A stretch of 64,000 bases of DNA from Mobula hypostoma. Lineage: Eukaryota. Below the pieces are notes generated by a model. The model was given only the letters and a program-made list of their open reading frames with translations. It searched no databases and was not told the origin of the DNA. A program made the translations under genes and the position numbers. This document shows positions 60,173-64,000 of the stretch, in pieces. Location: the NCBI RefSeq assembly GCF_963921235.1, contig NC_086108.1, positions 71,240,001 through 71,304,000 on the forward strand, read 5' to 3'. Every line of letters starts with the position of its first letter. Positions within the stretch are counted from its first letter, which is position 1.

Positions 60173-60899
60173 AAGTATAAAATTGTTATAATTTCCCCAA
60201 GTATGTTGTTGACTATATTACAAATTTTATATTTTTATAAGTACACTAATTCTATGCTGTTATCAAGTGAATTTAGTACAAAGATTCCTTGATAAATCCA
60301 TGGAATTTCTTGCATAAAATTAACAACTCCAGGATAAACAAAGTTGTGCTGGTAATATACGGTAAATCATTGGGGAGGAAGTGGTCCTATTTTGCAGTAG
60401 CTCAGAGGACACCAAACAATTTTACACTGGCCCTGTTCAGGAAAATTTATTTCACCTGCCTCCTCACCTCAGTACCATTCTCCATTCTAACTGCAAAACT
60501 TAATCAATTAAGGGATAAAAAGGACTAGAGGTAGCTGATGCCCAAGTTTGGAATCCAGGGCTCGGTGAGTGCAGAGGTAAGAAGTCAAAGGTTGAGGCCT
60601 GAAGTCAGCGAGTTTGGAGCTTGAGGCCTGAACGCTGAAGCCCCTGGGTTGGCTAGTCAGGAGGTTAGAGGCCTGTTGGCTGTGAATCTGAGAGTCCAGG
60701 CCAGGGATCAGAATTTGGAACTCCGATTTCTGCAAATCTGAGAGTCCGTGGCTAAGGACTGGAGGGCCATAGCTGCCCTGTCCCGGGTTTGGAGGAATGT
60801 CTGTGTGTGTGAGAGTGGGTGGGTGGGAAGGAGGGAGGGAGGGAAAGAGGGCTGTTTTGTTGTTATTATCTTCTTGGTGCTGCCGCTTGTGTTGTTCAG

Positions 60900-61600
60900 G
60901 AGTAGAGGAGTGAGATAGATTGGCTGGTTGAGTGGTGCCACAACAACAATATTGCACTCAACCTCAATAAGACCAAGGAATTGATTGTAGGTTTCAGGAA
61001 GGAGGAATCAAGAGAATGCACCCCAGTGGAAAAGGTGGGCAGTTTCAAGTTCCTGGGTGTCAATATCTCTGAAGGTCCATCCTGGGCCCAACATATCGAT
61101 GTAATTATGAAAAAGAAATACCAGCAGCTATATTTCATTAGGAGTTTGACAAGATTTGGTATGTCAGCAAAGACTCTAGCCAATTTCCCCACATATACTG
61201 TGGAGAGCATTCTAACTGGTTGCATCACCATGTCATACGGAGGGGCCACTGACAGGATCCGAAAAAGCTGCAGAGGGCTGCAAACTCAGCCAGATCCGTC
61301 ATGAGCACCAGCTTCCCCAGAATCACAGCTATCTTCAAAAGGTAATGCTTCCAAAAGCCAGCATCCATCATTAAGGGCTCCTATCACCCAGGACCTGCTC
61401 TCCTCTCGTTACTAACATCAGAGAGGATGAACAGGAGCCTGAAGACACACACTCAACATTTGAGGAACAGCTTCTTCTTCACTGCCTTCTGATTTCTGAA
61501 CGGACAATGAACCAATCTATGAATATCACCTTACTATTTTTCTCCTCGCACAACTTACTTAACTTATTTTATATATCTATATATACATACACACACACAC
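60900..61600 (+). mobile_element. Rex1/Babar LINE 3' fragment
   Basis: VEKVGSFKFLGVNISEGPSWAQHID, QLYFIRSL.RFG, TVESILTGCIT. Confidence 0.85.
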
Positions 61601-61604
61601 ATGC

Positions 61605-61772
61605 ACGAGAGGGATGATTAATAAGTCCGTGGCCTAAGGTAGAAGGAGTCAATTTTAGAAAACTTAGCACATTTATTTTTCAACATAGTCCCCTCCTACA
61701 TGTACACACTTAGTCCAGCTGTCGTGGAGCATACGGATCTTGGACCTCCAGAAAGTGGTCCACAGCAGGGGG
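61605..61772 (+). mobile_element. Mariner-like terminal fragment
   Basis: CGAG..GGATGATTAATAAGTCCGTGGCCTAAG start and ATTTATTTTTCAACATAGTCCCCT subterminal motif typical of mariner ends; no second TIR found. Confidence 0.45.
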
Positions 61773-61936
61773 CTGCTGAACATTGTGACCATGCTATGTT
61801 AGCGCCAGAAGGTATAGCCACACTGTGGGCTGCCCCAGCACATCCTTGAGTGCATTAGTTGTTAGTGCTAGTGACACATTTCACTGTATGTTTTAATGTA
61901 CATACTGTAAATAAATCGGAATCTGAATCTAAAATA

Positions 61937-62655
61937 CAGCGGATTCCGATTAATTGGGCCATTGGTTAATCAGGGCAGCTACTCATTTGGGACCACTCTT
62001 AAAGAACAAAAACATTTATTTGGGACACAATGCAACATAATTAGGGCAGGAGACTGTTGCCCAACTTTTTCTAATTAGTATCAGTCATGTCATGTGGCCG
62101 TTGGACACTACACTGTGCTTAGAATGAATGGGTTTGTAAATAGCATCATTTGCGCTTTTATGTTCAAAAAGCAGTGATTTTTTTCACTGATCGTTGGCGA
62201 GTTATAGACAATTCAGAACTGTTGGCTCACTGTGGTTTCAAGCATTCGGGTTTCGAGATGCCAGGATTAGCCAGGAGTGAAAATGAACTGATTTCACGAC
62301 TTCACCAAGTTAGGAACTATGAAGAATTTGAAGGAATTGACAATCATCTTGAATGTTACAATTAAAATGAAGATTTGGAGGAGGCAATCACCAAAAGCAC
62401 AGTATGAAGGTAGTCCACTATCTGCACTAGGTGTCTGTGCTGAAAATAATAGTTTTATAGGACCGTAGTGATATTGGTAATGATCTAATTTATTCTGTAT
62501 TTCATTTAAATACATAATTTGTTGCTCAGTTAAATGGTAGTTTGTCTTTTTTATACTTTTATAACCACTTCCATAAAACTTAGGCTAATTGGTGCAGCCG
62601 CTTAATAGGGCCAAAATGTACTTGTCCCAGAATCCCAATTAATTGGAACCCACTG
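61937..62655 (+). mobile_element. Non-autonomous Tigger/pogo-like DNA transposon
   Basis: Imperfect TIRs CAGCGGATTCCGATTAATTGGG / CCCAATTAATTGGAACCCACTG, TA on both sides, transposase C-terminal-like remnant (HCGFK...) at 62150-62365. Confidence 0.75.
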
Positions 62656-62707
62656 TAACACTTATAAAATGCTGAAGGTACTCAGCAGGCCAGGCAGCAT
62701 CTATGGA

Positions 62708-62745
62708 CAGTCCTGATGAGGGGTCTTGGCCCAAAACATTGACTG
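62708..62745 (+). ncRNA. Hammerhead motif with mutated core in the loop of a fold-back Penelope-derived repeat (62666-62845)
   Basis: CAGTC-CTGATGA-GGGGTCTTGGCCC-AAAA-CATT-GACTG; GAAA>AAAA and CGT>CAT are CpG-type decay. Confidence 0.5.
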
Positions 62746-64000
62746 TTCACTCTTTTCCATCGATGCTGCCTGGCCTGCTGAGTTCCTCCAGCATTTTGTG
62801 TGTGTTGCTTTGATTTCCAGCATCTGCAGATTTTCTCTCGTTTGCGATCGGAATTCGCTTGTTTTTATTATCCCACTTTCTACTTGTAGGGTAAATTGAA
62901 TCATCCATTCTTTCCAGTAGGGTATGTTTTTTCAGTCTTGTGATTTACTGCACTTCCATTACACTCCTGGCTCTGACTAATGGTCTGAAGGGGCCAGACC
63001 AGATGGAATTAGTAAAATTAATTGTAATTAGTTTTCCTGTGAATTTTTTAGCCAGGCTCATTTGCTTTGGCCCTTAAAAGAAGCAATAAAGACCTTCATC
63101 TGAAGTTAGCAAGTGATTTCTTGTGGAGATAACATGCCTCTGTTTATGCAGTTGGGTATGAATTTAATGAGGCCAAGGATGCCTTACAAATGAGTCAAAA
63201 TTGTTAAAAAATAAAAGATGTAGATTTTCACTGTGTTAATAATTATGTCCAATAGTTAGTGATAGCTTTTAAGCATTACATATCAAATGAAAGCTCTGAA
63301 ATGTTTTGCTTGGGGATTGACCTACAAAGATTCTCTCCTGACAATCATGAACATCCTTATCCATTCAAGAGAAGGAAATAATTATAATTACTGCCTGTTG
63401 AGAAAGAACTGGGATATTCTTCAAAGTTAGAGTTTGAGGGCAGTAAGTTCTCCTTTCATCTGACTTGATTGATGACTTTGTGTAACGGAACTCTCAGACT
63501 GGGAAATATCCTAAAGCCCAAGGGCTGCTCTTAGTGCCATTGTTGATGCACCTCGGGCCCTTTGCAGAAAGTAGGGAAATGATTGCTTCTGTGCATAAAT
63601 TACACTTCATTAGATTGTATAAAAAACCTTCTGTAGAAGTTAAAATTAAATTCAGATAGATTTAAATCTTCCTGTAGCTATCTATAGTTAATATTACAAA
63701 TTGGACTTTTATGTGAGAAACTTTTACTGTAACGCTTGCTGAAGGTCCCTGGACATTGTGATTCTCTCTACCTGCACATATGCACCATTTTTACAGGATT
63801 TTCATAGTTCTTTGGTCAACACTAATGAATTACTAGGGATATTCTAATCTATGTTTCAGCTTGAATGAATGCAGTATTGTATTGGTAATACACCAATTTA
63901 CACGGTTAGAGAATTGGACACATTACATGCCAGATTCCTAACTATGCTATTAGCAATATTCAAATTTGGAACAAAAAGCTGCAGATTATTCATTTACTCC

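Overview
Eukaryotic (vertebrate) genomic DNA, most likely from a cartilaginous fish such as a ray or shark. This is inferred from HE1/V-SINE-like, CR1, Rex1/Babar and Penelope repeat content. One complete protein-coding gene is well supported: EBNA1BP2 (EBP2, rRNA processing) on the minus strand. It has 9 coding exons between 3048 and 21478, a 942-nt CDS (313 aa), and a non-canonical GC-AG intron 4. Its CpG-rich promoter (~21300-21830) looks bidirectional, with RFX-like motifs and a plus-strand splice donor, but I could not find coding exons of the expected neighbour CFAP57 in the remaining 42 kb. The rest of the window is a dense, often nested, mostly decayed transposon landscape: Tx1, CR1, Rex1/Babar, RTE-derived elements, Penelope, two Gypsy LTR elements plus a solo LTR, Harbinger, Tigger/pogo and mariner pieces, and tRNA-SINEs. 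The most interesting signal is a family of short Penelope-derived repeats (about a dozen copies) carrying a minimal hammerhead-ribozyme motif, often in fold-back arrangements. Also notable are a tRNA-SINE with swapped 3' tails and an RTE-type non-autonomous element that resembles marsupial RTE-derived SINEs. All family assignments come from motif recognition, not database searches.
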